Positions 26,342 to 43,059 are shown, counted from the first letter of the stretch. The stretch is DNA of 64,000 nucleotides from the human T2T-CHM13v2.0 reference genome, Homo sapiens (GCF_009914755.1 NC_060927.1); one strand, 5' to 3'. The notes: generated from the letters alone by a model not told the origin. A program made the numbers and translations.

Positions 26342-26669
26342 CTTTAGAGGATAGTATTCTCTGGTTATCTTCATTAACCAGATATTAACCAGATATTGGT
26401 TATCTTCATTAACCAATAATGATTGTTCATTAACAATCAGCACTGAGAATTGGTTCCAAGCTAACAGAGATCAAAAGGACATGAAGAAGGTATAGGTCTT
26501 GACTATAATAAATTCAAATGATTTTTTTTTTAGTTTTTTTAGATAACATTTATGCTATTGCTGTTTCTCTAGTGTGTTTTTCACAATTACCATTTTAATT
26601 GGTATTTCCACCTTATGTGAAATCACTAAACTGTTCTTTGGCTCAAACTGTCTTCCTCTTGTTTTTCAG

Positions 26670-26816
26670 GAACAATACCAGTTCATCTATAAAGCAATGC
26701 TTAGCTTGGTCAGCACTAAAGAAAATGGAAATGGTCCCATGACAGTAGACAAAAATGGTGCTGTTCTTATTGCAGATGAATCAGACCCTGCTGAGAGCAT
26801 GGAGTCCCTAGTGTGA
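26670..26816 (+). CDS. PTPRG: PTPRG last coding exon: [48 protein letters not shown] (class I PDZ-binding C-terminus)
   Basis: gtttttcag acceptor; TGA at 26814-26816; ESLV terminus typical of the PTPRG/PTPRZ1 subfamily. Confidence 0.97.
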
Positions 26817-29800
26817 CTGGAATCCTGAAAGGGCACTTAATTTGTAAACTTCTGAAGACTGAGAACTTTTTTGAGGCCTTTTTTGCCAGACTCTAGGTTA
26901 TACAATAACCCAGTTACTTTTTTACACTGATAAAAGTTTTGATATTTATTTTTTGCCATTTTATGTCTTAATGGTATCCTACTGAGCATTTGCACCTCTG
27001 TTCATTTCACACAGTGAAACGCAATTTTACCTAGTTTGCACTATATGATCAGTGTTACTGCCTATAATCTTATACAACAGCAAACCCTGATGTGACATTC
27101 CATGACGACATACATGCTACTTTTTTTTAGTTCAATACAGTGAAGGTCTTTGTTATGACAGTGAATATTGCTTTTATTATTATTATTGCTGAAGTGGTTG
27201 CATTCTACTAGCAGGCAATGCTGTACTTTTCTTCAGTCCTCCTCTCCTTTTTATTTTAGGCACTGTTCAATACTGTATGCCTTCTGTATTTTAATGGAGT
27301 GGATAGCATTGTTTTCTTTTACAGACTAGCAGGCTACTGGGACCTAAAAAGGTCTGTTAATGTCATGGCCTTGAAACAGTTCCATTTATGCTGGTTAAGA
27401 GATCCCTTAAGAAGTTAGAAGGCTTAAGAACTGCTTCATGTGAACATCCCTTATTAGTTACAAAGTTATATTCACAGTTTTTTAAAAATGTGTCAAAATA
27501 AAGGATAACTCTGTATTACAGCTTTCACAGTAGCTATGTGGACAATGTGTTATTTCCATTTTGACTCTCTAAAATAGCTACATCCTAAAATCAGGGCTAT
27601 CTTTAACAATAGCAAGATAGCAATATTATATACAACTCAGTTATGAGACCCTTTAGTTATTCTCCATTAATGCTTCTTAGTTTGTAATACCATACCTCAC
27701 AGTAGGTAGAAGAATGAAAACTTCTGCAGGTGTGTAATTTTGAAACTAGTCCTCTAAAAATTCCCTATTACTCCTATAGCAATCTAATAAAAACTACCTA
27801 CATAGTTACTGTTTTCTTTCCTTCTTTGCCAAATGTTTTATAATAAATCTCTTAATTACATACATTTTTCTACTTAAGATTAAATTGGAAATACTGTATT
27901 AGCAAAAGTCTTGGGACTATCTAAACTCCCACACATAGATAAATCTGATTTGGAGAGAGAAATTTAAAATATTTAATTAAAGGTGATACCCACATTTTCA
28001 AGTTTTTAAAAGAGGGAGATGGCTTTGTATGCTTTTGTGTAGTTTAGAACAGATACACATTAGTAAAAGATACCAATAATCATTAGAGCTCAAGGAAGTT
28101 ATTAGGTGCAGCCTCTGGAGCCATACTCACGCTGCAGTGCATAATGGGAAAATTAGGAGCATTAATAAGAAATTTCAGTAGTGTTTGTAAGGAAAATAAG
28201 CTACTTACTGAGATCTGTTTCTTCTATTGCATGTTTGCTTTTGAGGGACAGCTTCTGTCAAAAGTGAAATCATCACCAGAACTGGGCCTGTTAGGAAGAA
28301 TAGGGTTTTATTTACTTTTTATGTCAATTAACTTCAACAAAAAGGCCACGCTGGCTGCTGTCATGCCATCTGGGTATGCATTAAACATTAATGATGATCA
28401 GCACTGAGGTTCTATTTATCTTGATTTGGCTTTCATAAAGTTTGTCAGAATGGTGCTGGAGGACCAGAAGTGCTAAGGAGAAAGAAGCTATGGGCCAAGT
28501 TAAAGAATTTGAATGCAAAGGCCAGGTCAATGGAGTTTTCATAAACTACATAATTTACCAGGGTTTATCTCATCTTCTCAATACATAGATTTAACAACAT
28601 GGAATACTCTGCTTTTCAAGAGCTGCGTAAGCTAGTCCTGAGATAAGATGTTCAAGAGAGCATGCTAAGTTGCATGTGCTAGATGAGAGACACCTTTACA
28701 GCCCCTCCGCTCCAACCAGAGGTGACACAGGAAGCTCTGTAAAGTTCAAGTAAAGCTTGAACACAGGAACACTACAACTGCCAGATGCTGAGGAGAATCA
28801 GGAAAGCAATGAGCTAGACTCTTTTTTTAGTCAATTAAGTGGGTTGTTTTAGATGTATAGAGTATTGATATGAGTTAACACTTTTTAGTAGATGGCAAAG
28901 TGGGCTTGATGTTCAAAAGTAATGTTCGAGTTAGGGTTCATGGTCCCTTTCTCAGTAATTTTTTCTTAATAAAAGTAAACACTGGTTCAAAGACAAATAG
29001 CAAGTATTCCCTCCTGTGCTATTTATAGAGGGCTCAATTCGTAGAAAGGCATACCCTCCAATGCAATTCTGTGGCTGTCCCTTACAGTGGTTTCAGAATC
29101 ACGAAAAAACAGCTAGTAAATAGGATAGAAACAATAAAAGAAAGAGTTTAGAAGTTCCCTGTGAGCAATCTGTGTGTCTTCAGCGAGCTTGAACCAAAGT
29201 CTTCATATCCTGACCCACTGAATTATAAGCAATTGCTACTTGCCCATCTTGCCAAAGTAGTCCAAACACACTTCAATGAGGACAGTTATATTTAGCAGGT
29301 CCTCACCCCTGCAAGAGACAGCATATCCTCACTATTATTATTCATGTGTTATTGGCAAAAACATAGCTTGCATCTTTCCAGAGGCAGAGTTTCAAAGACA
29401 GGGTTTTCTTTGAGACATAAGCACATTGCTTAAGTACATAACAAGGTTATTAACACTTGCACTCAGGGGAAAGGAAATAGCTATTGCAAATTAATGTGTG
29501 CAACTTAATAAAATAAGCTGTTTGTGTATATGAATTTAGCTCTAGGTAAGCAAAATGCACACATCATATAAAAATAAATTGCAATGATCAGACCAAGTGG
29601 CTGTGCTGGACATCAAAGAAAAGACATGCTGTTGCCATCAGGAGAACTCTTTCTTATATGCGATAGCCAAGATATCTTCTTTAATATGAAAAAAGTTAAT
29701 TTCTGAATTTCAAAAAGAGTAAGATTAGCTAATTGGTCTTCCTAATTTTTATGCCTTTAGAGTTTTTAGTCTATTCAAGTAGAAGAGTCCAGCGAGGCCA

Positions 29801-31120
29801 AAGAAGGGTTACGGTGTTCAAGTTCTGGTTGTTGGAGTTTTTAGCCCAGAGTGACATACTGAAATCAGTAAATAATTATTTTATAATGACACAGCACAAC
29901 TGCCTTGTTATGAATTTTTCTTAAATGCATATATACTGTATTTAAAATTAAAATATAGATACCAATTTACCAAAGATACATATTACTAATTCTAAGCAAA
30001 ACTAAAAAAAAAACCCAACTCATCATAATTTAAGAATCAAAATGTAGTTTGTCTTAAGAATTTAGTGGTTATACTGGAAATGCATTTTCAACTCCTATGT
30101 TCTAAAGTTTATGTTCAAATGGTGCCAGTGAATTTTTATATGAAGGGAAAATGCCTGCTTTTTTTTTTTTTTTAACAGATGTAATTTCACTTAACCCTTT
30201 GCGCTTTCCCTTAGTTGTCATTTAACATACAATACTGGCTTTACTTATCTCTAGAAAGAAGAAGGCATGCTACAAATAGGAAGGAATTGTAATAATGATA
30301 TTTGGCCTCTACTTTGTCTTAGCTGTTAAACTGTTTTTAGTATTTTTGTTAAATATTTGCAAAGGGAAGCATTTTCTACAGAGGATAATTAATTTCAAGA
30401 AAAATATCTTGAGTTTTAAGAAATAAACATCTCCAGAAAAGGAGAAAGTCGATTTTATAAAATGTCGCAACTCTCCAACATTTGGGGTAGTGACTCCTTT
30501 TTTGTTAGGACATTTGAAACTAGCAAGCAGCCATTGTTTCTAAAGAATTCTGGCTTCACATTGACTCATGTTTCTTTCACTCCATTTTGAAATAGCTAAA
30601 AATCATTAAAACTGTAAATATTTTGTTGCTTGGGTAAGCATCTTCTGGGAACTTTGTATCTATGGTATATAATCATAGAATTTTATATTTTCATATAAAG
30701 CTAATTTTTTTCTAGTTTCAACTCCGTCATAGTTTTTTTTCCTTTTTGTGGTGGATATGTGAATTCAACTTTCTGTGTATTGAAGTAGCAAAAACCATCT
30801 TTACATTCCAAAAGAATCCAACATGTGTTATTTCTTTGAGGCAGTGATTGTGAAAGTTGGGTTTTCTTTTTAATTCCATTGACCATTTGTGCAATAGGAA
30901 TTAGACATAATTAGTCACTGAAAACATTCGTCACATTGACCCATTTGGAAAAAGTGTGCTTTTTTTTTTTTTTTAAATTTGTTCAGGGGGAGGGGTTTTG
31001 TAACCTGAAATTTTTCCCTTTTTCTTCTGTTTAAACTATATCAAATCATTCTATTATAGTGTTATTTAATATGTAAATTGTATTGCTATACATAAAATAA
31101 AGTATGGTTTTTGATGTATT
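26817..31120 (+). other. PTPRG: PTPRG long 3' UTR (~4.3 kb)
   Basis: AT-rich stretch after the stop codon with no recognisable TE; ends after AATAAA at 31096-31101; the exact cleavage site is inferred. Confidence 0.75.
31096..31101 (+). terminator. Distal polyadenylation signal AATAAA of PTPRG
   Basis: AATAAA preceded by TGTA elements (tgtaaattgta) and followed by G/T-rich sequence; TE-containing DNA resumes downstream. Confidence 0.7.
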
Positions 31121-31861
31121 CAGTAGTGTTGAGCATTTCTATGAAAATGTCTATATCCAATAAAATAGGTTACTAGTCTCCCTTAACAGATCACATTAAT
31201 ACCCACCAACCCTCTGGTCTAAGTTTTCATGGTAGTAAAATGAACATTGGTAGTCGTCTTTACACAGGCAGCAAACCAAAAAGAATGGTCTTTGCTGGGT
31301 TGATTTATCAACGTTCTTTCTCCTTTAAAGAGTAAACAATGACAGTTTTACCTGCTCATCTAAGGAATCAAACTTTATTCAGTTTATGACTCTGCTGCTA
31401 AGTTGTGAACAGAATTACTATTTTCTCTAGTGTATCAACTAGGTTTGTAACAACTCTCTTAATATTTACGAGGTAGGATGAAGGATATATCCTGGCAAGA
31501 GTTCTGGAGAATCTATATGTGTAAGATCAGTACAATTGCTTCTACTTAACAAGAACTTTTGACATTTCCAAACAGGTATACAAGTCCCAAACTTGGCAGC
31601 TTTGGCCTACCATTCTGTCTTAACTTTTAGTGGCTCCATATCAGGTGCTCAACTCTTCCTACCCAAGGCCCCAGTTTTTCTTCCCATATAGATAAGAGCT
31701 GAAACTTCACTCTCGCTGTCATGAGGAATTTAAGAAACAATGTGTGAAGAGTATGTGGAAGAACAACTCTAGCACAAAAGAATGAAATCTCTTAGGATAT
31801 AATCCTAGTCTTCCTCAAATTATATCCATGGGGAAACTACTGCCCTATATCATAGGATACA

Positions 31862-32204
31862 CCAGAGGTCCACGAATTGATGGCCCGTAGATTGCATTCA
31901 GTCCACAGATATATTGTATTTGGCTCATAATTTTAAAGTTTGTATTAGTTACCAATATTTAAAACATGAAAACTTTTGCAATAAGATTCAGGTTTCAAAC
32001 TCCTTTAAAAAATTTGGGTGTTGGTGTAACAGGCTCACACTCTCCCATGACAGTAACAAGATGGAAATGAACAGCAGTTTTTGCATTTAGGGGAAACATA
32101 TGCTCTCCAGTTCACCAAAGTCTACATTGCTCCCTATCACATTATGTCTAGCCATCATCAGTCATTTAATTAACCTGCCTGGATCCTGTGAGCAGTTGCC
32201 TCTG
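31862..32204 (+). mobile_element. MER102-like hAT-Charlie element
   Basis: cagaggtc..ggcccg..tgctctccagttcacc..acctgcctgg..cctgtg resembles MER102. Confidence 0.7.
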
Positions 32205-33369
32205 AGACATCCAATATGAATTCTGACACCATCTTCCATCTCAGGCTAGTAAACCAACAACCAAGAGTGGCAGTAGAAGTATCTCTAAGTCTTTCATCAT
32301 GAAAATCCTAGACAACCAGCACACAGCCCAGTGGGTTCCCACATTACTAACTACCTCTAAGTCCACCCAAGATGATTCCATTAAGCAGCAGTTATGACTA
32401 TTCAAAATCATTAAAAAAAATCAATTTTCTACTCCATGACTTTTACTTGCCCAGGACATAACCTTAGACGAGGAAGCTTCATTTATGCTACTACAAGTGG
32501 CAGAAATAAACTAGAGTAAAAAAGCTACTGGTCCAAAACTCTATTTTTAAACAGCTAATTGTGGAACTTTGAGATTTAGAAACAAATCACTACTGACCAT
32601 GCCTGGATTCAGAGACAGGATTGAAGACAATGGCTTTAAATTCCTGCCTATGTTAGTAAAATCGCATAAAGGCACTAGAAGATGGGAACCAGAAGTTGGT
32701 TACTAGCAAGTTAAAATTGGCTTTTGTGATTACGAAGTTAAGTTTGGCAGAAAAGGATAATTACACCAGCAGTTTATCTGAACATAACAATTATGTTCCT
32801 CAAAAGTTGAAAAGAAGAAATTAACTTTATCTAATTTGTGGTAATTTCAAATCATTTGACTTGTAGTTACTGGCCTATAAACTATTTTCCCTTTCCCACA
32901 CCCTACACTTGCAGGGTATAAAGGCAGGCTTTGTAGCAATATCCAGTGGGCCTTGCAGAGCTTAGCAGAACATTCTAAACCAGAGACATCTTTAGCACTA
33001 TGTTAGGATCCATTCCATAAGCATTTCCTGCATGTCTACTACAGACCACATGTTAGTTATACTCTATATAGAATGTAGAGTTGTTGGCAGAGGCATTTCA
33101 AGTCAGATGAGACAAAGATGGTAATTTAGTCTTAAAAAAATTAGGTCTTCAATTTATTCCAAAATATTTAGTTGGCACTATAGTAGAGATGGTTTTTAGG
33201 GAAAGAATAAAAAAGACTATTGTGCAGCAATGTGAGCAAACAAGTAAAACCTGTAATCACAGACACTCTGTATTACATAGTATGCTGACAAAATTCTGTT
33301 TATTCTATATTAGTTACTAGAACTCAGAAAACATTTTTCCATACAGTAAAAAATGTTCAAAGATAAGGA

Positions 33370-33575
33370 CTACAACAGGGTCAAAAAGCCAAGGGTGCCA
33401 GTCAATTCTGCCACTTACAGTGTTATGAGGCAAGTTACTTCAGCTTCCTAAGTGCCATTTTCTTCATCTGTAAAATACAGAAACTAATGTTTACCTCATA
33501 GACTGCTCTGAGGAGTAAATGAGATGATGCATGCAAAGATCTTGGGATAGTAGACAGTAAGTACTCAATTAATAC
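33370..33575 (+). mobile_element. MIR SINE
   Basis: ctgccacttac..ggcaagttactt..ttcttcatctgtaaaat..acctcatag core. Confidence 0.8.
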
Positions 33576-33726
33576 TAGCCATTTTAAGTATCATATAACC
33601 CTGCTTTATTTAATTGCTTGACAGACCTTTTGTCAATAACGAGTCAACCTACCTAAGCTTGCCCAATTAAATAGAAATACTGAGAAATTTCTGTCACTAA
33701 TGAGGGAGCTCACAAAGTCAAATAAA

Positions 33727-34033
33727 GGCTGGGCGTGGTGACTCATGCCTGTAATCTCAGCACTTTGGGAGGACGAGATGGGCAGATCACTTGAGGTCAG
33801 GAGTTTGAGACCAGCGTGGCCAACATGGTGAAACTCTGTCTCTACTAAAAATGCAAAAATTAGCTGGATGTGGTGGCACACACCTATAATCCCAGCTACT
33901 CAGGAGGCTGAGGCAAGAGACACTTGAACCTGGGAGGAGGAGTTTGCAGTGAGCCAAGATCATGCCACTGCACTCCAGCCTGGGTGACAGAGTGAGACTC
34001 CGTCTCAAAAAAACAAAACAAAACAAAAACAAA
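33727..34033 (+). mobile_element. Alu (AluS-like)
   Basis: Full dimer, (AAAAC)n tail, TSD-like acaaagtcaa. Confidence 0.94.
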
Positions 34034-35129
34034 GTCAAGTAAGATCCAAGAGAGGTGAATGGGGATGAAGGTAGGTAGTGAAAGCAACACATATACCCTA
34101 CTGTCCAGAAACAAGAGTGGCAGAAGCAGGGAATGGATAAATACACATGATGCCCCAAAGCTTGAATATTTCTCTTCTAACCATTTAAGTCACTCTGTGC
34201 CTTCTAAGAAAGTTTTTTTTTTTTTCAAAAAAGAAAAAAGCTCCATAATTTCAGAAAAGTGGAACAGAAGGCTTAATAATATTTGTTAATGTCAAGGACC
34301 AAGCACAGAATATTGCACAATACTACGAAAATGGTGAATGTTATTTCCTTCACTAGCAGCAGCGCTCTATCTCTGCCCCAAAACTCTATAAGCCAGTACA
34401 AACAATGATAATTCCTTTCTCCTCAGCCAATTTTTATCTCCTCTATCTCTCGCTACTTTCAGTAGATCACTGTCATTATCATAACCATCATCATCCCTTA
34501 ACCTAGGCTTACTTGGCCTCATTAGCGATTCATTATTGTATTATGAAGAAGTGGCCATAAATTAGAGGCACTTCATGTTTTGGTATTTATATGGTGAAAG
34601 TATCTCACTATATAAATAATATTATCTGTTCCCTGTGTCAACACTATTGACTTACTAAGTAAGTTATGATTATTTTTCTTATAACACTTGGTGTTTAAAC
34701 AGTAAATTTAAAAATATATGCCAATATTTAACATTTTCATGACTCAGGAATCCTGACAATGTTTCAAAATTGACCATTTAAAAATAGCTATATGGGATGG
34801 GCTCTTACAATAGATTATTAGAAATGCAACATTTTCCATAGAAAGATGGGCAATAATCATGAGAACTTATAATTTATCATTAATATTTGTTATTAAGATA
34901 CCTTTTGCTTAAGACACATTGCTTAAGAATATGTGAACTGGATTTTGTGTCAGAACATTCCAACATGGTTAGCAGTTCTTTTCTGAGATTTTCATGTAAT
35001 GTTTCTCTTATCTCACTGGTTAGGAACATGCTAAGAACAACCTGGGGTCCAAAAAATGCAACTCCCTTAGGTGCTTTTGCAGAGTGAAAATTACTCAAAA
35101 AGTTTGATGGGATTTTTCACTACCTCAAT

Positions 35130-35520
35130 ATTTGCTACTTTTCAAATCTCATTATTGGATTTACATCTAAATGCTGGCATGCCCCAAGCTTCTGTTAAAG
35201 TAGCCCTTTTTTCTTCTATGTATAGCCTCTGTCCTCAGGTAATTCCATCCAAATCCATGGAATTATGTACTTTCTATATGCCAATGACTCCCAAAGTACA
35301 TATGTTGTCCAAACCTATGCCCTGAACTCCAGATTTATATCCAGCTGAACATTTATCATCTCCATTTGTATATCTAATCAGCATCCCAAACTTAACATGA
35401 CAAAAGCACAACTGGAATTTTCCCCCAACCTGTTCTTCCCCTAGTCTTCTAATAGTAGTAACATCTACTCAGGTAATCAAACTAAAAATCTAGCTGTCTT
35501 CCTTGACTTCTCCTTATTTC
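35130..35520 (+). mobile_element. L2 fragment
   Basis: atgactcccaa..cctgaactccagatt..catcccaaacttaacatg..ttccttgacttctcc. Confidence 0.7.
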
Positions 35521-35529
35521 CTGCCATTT

Positions 35530-36160
35530 AAAAAGAAGAAACAATCCAATTTTTTAACACAGGCAAAATAGCTGAACAGATACTTCATCAAAGATACACA
35601 GCTGGCAAGTAACACATAAAAATATACTCAATATATTTAGTCATTAAGTAAATGCAAAATGAAACCACAATGTAATACACATATTAGAATCAGTGAACTT
35701 GAAGACAGGTCAATATGTATAACCCAAAATAAAATACAGAGAGGAAAAGAATGAAAACAGCATAAAGAATCCAAACACTGTGGAATAATATCAAACGATG
35801 TACATACTGTATAACTGGAGAAGAAAGAGATAAAGAGGCAGAAGAAATACTTGAGGAAATGATGACTTAGGTTTTCCTGTATTCATGACATCAAGCCACA
35901 GATCCAAGGAGATTAGAGAACACCAAGCAGGATGACTACCCCTCCCACCCCCCCCAAAAAAATCACACTTAGGCATATCATATTCAAATAGTAAAAACCA
36001 AACAAAAAAAAAATCCTGAAGGCAGCCAGAGAGAGTTTAAAAAACACTTTATCTAAAAGTAAATAAGAACTTATCTTCTTGTCATAAACCATGCAAGCCA
36101 GAAGACAACAGAGCGACATATTTGTGTTCACTTCTGTCAACTCAGAATACTATACCCGGT
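35530..36160 (+). mobile_element. Old L1 fragments (3' end and ORF1-like pieces)
   Basis: gaacagatacttcatcaaagatacac; cacagatccaagga; aaaccatgcaagccagaagaca. Confidence 0.65.
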
Positions 36161-36664
36161 GAATAGGAGGTTATTCTTCTAAATGATTTATGTGAACAGG
36201 TAAAAATATTTTCTATTTAGAGCCATATTCTTACAGACTGTTTTTGTTTTCCAAATGAAAGTCAATACTTGAATAGATATGTTTTGTACTCAAGGTGATG
36301 TTCCACAAATATGGTTTAATGAAAGCCTAATTAGTTGTCATTAAGGTATTTATTTAGGGAAAAGCTTAGGCAGTCAGCACAATCCCTATGTACTAAGCTA
36401 GAATTAGCAGAAAGAATGCTTATGTTGCTTTGTTAATAAAGCTCAAATGAAGACAGAAACATACATTCAGATTCACATCCACATTATGCAAGCAGGAAAA
36501 CAAATCAAAAAGACAAGACTAAAGCCACTTTAGGGAATAACCAGTGTGCTTCAAAAAACACTTTGGCAGACAGCAAAGAAATCCAAGTACATTGTTGAGT
36601 TTGCATCATGCAGGCTATGTGTAAGCCACATGAGATACAGAGCAAAACGGATAAAAGCCAATAT

Positions 36665-36953
<289 letters not shown>

Positions 36954-37867
36954 AAAAGCCAATATGTTTAACGGATGTATTGGAAAAACATTTTTTAAAT
37001 GCAAATATAAAGTTCTGTTAATTAATCTCCCTTAAAAACCAACTAATTTAATCTTGTCAATCCTGCTTAGAGCATTCAATAGTTCTTTAATGATATCATC
37101 ATTCCTCACTTTACTACTACCATTTATCCAACTTTGCATTTCCTCCTTTCTTCAACTCACACTCATTTTCTAGCCAAGTCCAATCTATTCATTCACATAC
37201 TGTTTCATCCCTACACTGAGGTGTTTACCTGTCACACCCCTCACTTGAAATGCTATCCCCTTCACTCCAATGCTCAGATGATGACCTTCTCTTTGAAACT
37301 ATTTCTGACTTGATAACCTGTAACTATTTTTAGTAAGATGAGCCACTTGGTTTTATACTCCTGCTATGACAAATTATCCCAAGTCTATTCTTCATCTTGT
37401 TATGCAGGAGTTGTCTCTGAGAAACAAAAGGTGATGGGTGAATGAGGACATGAGATATGAAACCACTACTAAAGACAAAATGCTCAACACTCCCAAAGAG
37501 CCTTGGGATGGGGTGGTATTCTTTTAACATTATAAGTTGACATGGAAGGTGACCTCCCAATTATGACTATGTGAGGTGAGGGCCTTCAATAACTGAGAGC
37601 TATAAAAAGAGAATGCATAATGAGTAAATATTGTTCACTTTCCTAAATAATCTTTTAAACACTTTTATGAAAGTTTTTCTAAGAGTACTGTTCTTCAGAG
37701 ATAGAAATCTTATGCTAAGAGTCTATGCCTTAGTTTCTAGGAATGGATTGGGGTCACCCCATCTTAAATGTTAAACCAGTCTTCCAACCAAGAACTACAA
37801 TAGTTGGTAAGGTAACTATCACAACCATGTTAACATTTATTGAACATATTTTATATACCTATCTCTA

Positions 37868-38309
<442 letters not shown>

Positions 38310-38701
38310 CTACATGACAATTTATCATTAGGTTCCAAATAGATTAGTATTACATAAATTACAAATGGACTGGTATTATTAACATAAATAAGTGCCACAA
38401 GAGTTCAGAGGAAAAGCTTCAAGAAGGATGTGATACTTCAGCTGGACCTTAAAAAACAGATAAATCTTGAGTGAAAAAAAACAGGTAATGAAGGACATTC
38501 GGTTCATGTGAATGTTGGAAACAGACTTGCATAAACAAAACTTTTTGTCTTAATAAATAAGATGAACTTGGAAAAGTAAGATAAGGTTTACACCATGGAA
38601 TACCTTAAATATCAACCTAAAGAGTTGGGACTTGACTTTGCCTGAAGGTGACAACCAAGGAAGATATATCAATAATGTTACTGTCAAAGAAAGACTATAA
38701 A

Positions 38702-40564
<1,863 letters not shown>

Positions 40565-42311
40565 AAAGACTATAAAACAGACCATTTGAGTCAGTACAGT
40601 TTTTTTACATTTTCCTTGAAAACACTGCTTCTCAAAGATCAGAATTTTCTTGTACAGCTCACTCTACTTAAAAGTATCCCAAGAACATGAAATTTTAATA
40701 CAAATAGTACAGCTCTCTTTTAAGCAATAGGTCAAAAATAATGAAATCTATTCCACGCATGTGGAGATAAAATAGTATTATAATTTTGTGCTTTCAAAAT
40801 ATACCTCAAAATCCAAGATTTGTTAATTCTACTCTTCTGAGAAACTTTGCTCTGTGAGTTTAAAACGTTTTAAAATTAAGTTTAAATTATTTACTTGTCA
40901 ATGACTTTTGAGAATTCATTTGTGTAAGTTCCAGGATGAAAAACGAATACCCAGTAATTCTGAGTCTAAAAGACATGGGAAAATTAGTTAACAACGCTGA
41001 ATGAAAAATATAAATAAAGCTAAGAACACTATTGCAAGATTTACTGTAAAAAAAAAAAACAACCCTTTATTTGCATGTCAAATCAATGTATAAATACCTT
41101 TATTCACCTGCTAAGTAAACTTTAGAGCTTATCAGTCTTTTCAGCTCATATTATTACAAAGATGAGAGAAAATATTATCTTTGAAAAGATAAGGGCTGGA
41201 AATTCATAGAATAAATCAGGACTAAAATACACCACAGTCTTGCTATCAAGGAAAACTCAGTCCATAAGATAGGCACATATACTAAGTTAAACAATTTATA
41301 AGGTTTTTACACCACCTTAGTAAGAAGACTATGTGTGATACAGTCTAAGAAAATAGATCTAGTTTACTGTTAAAGCCACTCTAAAATGAAAACCTTACAC
41401 TTCATAGTGTCTTCCAATTCCAAAAGCACTTTCATATCCATTATCTCACTTGGCCCTCACAAGTATCCTGTAACGTAGAGAAAGAAGGTAATTTTTGCCT
41501 TTCTTACCAATGATGAAACAGTTCATCAGTAGCAAATCTAGAGCTGGAATCTACATGTTCTCATTCAATAAGATGGCTATTCAACACACTGCCTCTCTAG
41601 CAAATGTAAGTCTAAGGGCTCAGCACATTTCAATTGTAAAGGTCAAACTCCCTAGTTCTATTCACAGCATAAACTGGAATATGCCTGGGATATGAAGTTT
41701 ACTGATTTTTTTTATTTCTTTTCCTGTACATACTTTGTTTAAGGGTGTGCTACCCTTACCCGATGAAGGTAGAAATTTGATAGGGATATATTTACATGCA
41801 GCAAAGTTGGCAGAGAAGTAAATTTATATAAACCAATTTTTTTCACAAACCTTCCCATAAAGTCACATAAGTACTCTCAACAGACTATATTTTAAAATAT
41901 CAATAAGAACTGGTGATCTTAAAATGAATTACAAAGCATTCACAGCTGTCAGAAATTCATCTGAACCATAAAATTATATATTTTTGAGAGAGAAATAATA
42001 TTTTGGGCACATGAAATAAGTGAATGTTCCATCATTATACCCCTAAAACATCTTTTGTAGAGAATTTTCTCACACACATAAAGAGTTCACATGCAAAACA
42101 AACTGTAACAAAAACTATTCAAAAAAATCTTTCAGCAATGCTAAAATACTTTAACTATATAACATATTTTCTGTGCTGTGTCTACTGTGAATTACTTCTC
42201 TACCAAGAACTTACTCATACTAAGGATATTTAAAGCAAAGCAAATACCATACAAATAATTATTTAATCTTATTTCTCAGAATCCTTAGTTATCTGATAGC
42301 AATTCAAAGTA

Positions 42312-42657
42312 CAGTCATGTCTTACATTAATGATGGGCATATGTTCTGAGAAATTCATTGTTAGGCAATTTCACTGTTATTTGAACATCACAGAGTTACT
42401 TACACAAACCTAGAGGGCATAGCCTACTATATACCTAGGCAATATGGTACAGCCTATTGCCTCTAGGCTATGAACCTGTACAAAATGTTACCATACTGAA
42501 TACTGTAGACAACTGTAGCACAATAGTAAGTGTTTGTGTATCTAAACATATCTAAACATTAAAAAGGTACCGTAAAAATATGGCATTATAATCTTATGGG
42601 ACCACCTTCTTACAAGTAATCTCACTGACAGAAACTTTGTTTTGCAGTGCATGACTG
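42312..42657 (+). mobile_element. Tigger3a/MER7A MITE
   Basis: TA|cagtcatg ... catgactg|TA; internal acacaaacctag..catagcctacta..atcttatgggaccacc. Confidence 0.9.
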
Positions 42658-43059
42658 TATCATTTAAAACACATCCCTAGGATTTACTGTGACCTTCAAA
42701 TGTCAACACTACGTTGATTCAGAAAGGATAACTTTCTAATACATTTCATATTATTATAGTAGTCCACATGTAAAAACCACACTTTATGAATTTAGTAAAT
42801 CATTTATGTGAATGTAGTTCTAGAAAGCATGTTTAAAATACCAGTTTTTAATTCTATCATATAGAAAGTCAAATTTCTAAAACAAAAACTGAAAAAAAGC
42901 CATTGTGAGATGGGTTACATGATGGGTAAATATGTCAAATGTACAGCATTGAGGTACCAGCATCATACTTACAGTATCTTCATAGTTTTGCTTCTGCAGC
43001 CCTTTCCAATTTGAGGTCTGTCTTCTACCATTCAGTGTCACCATGGTTACCTAGACTTT

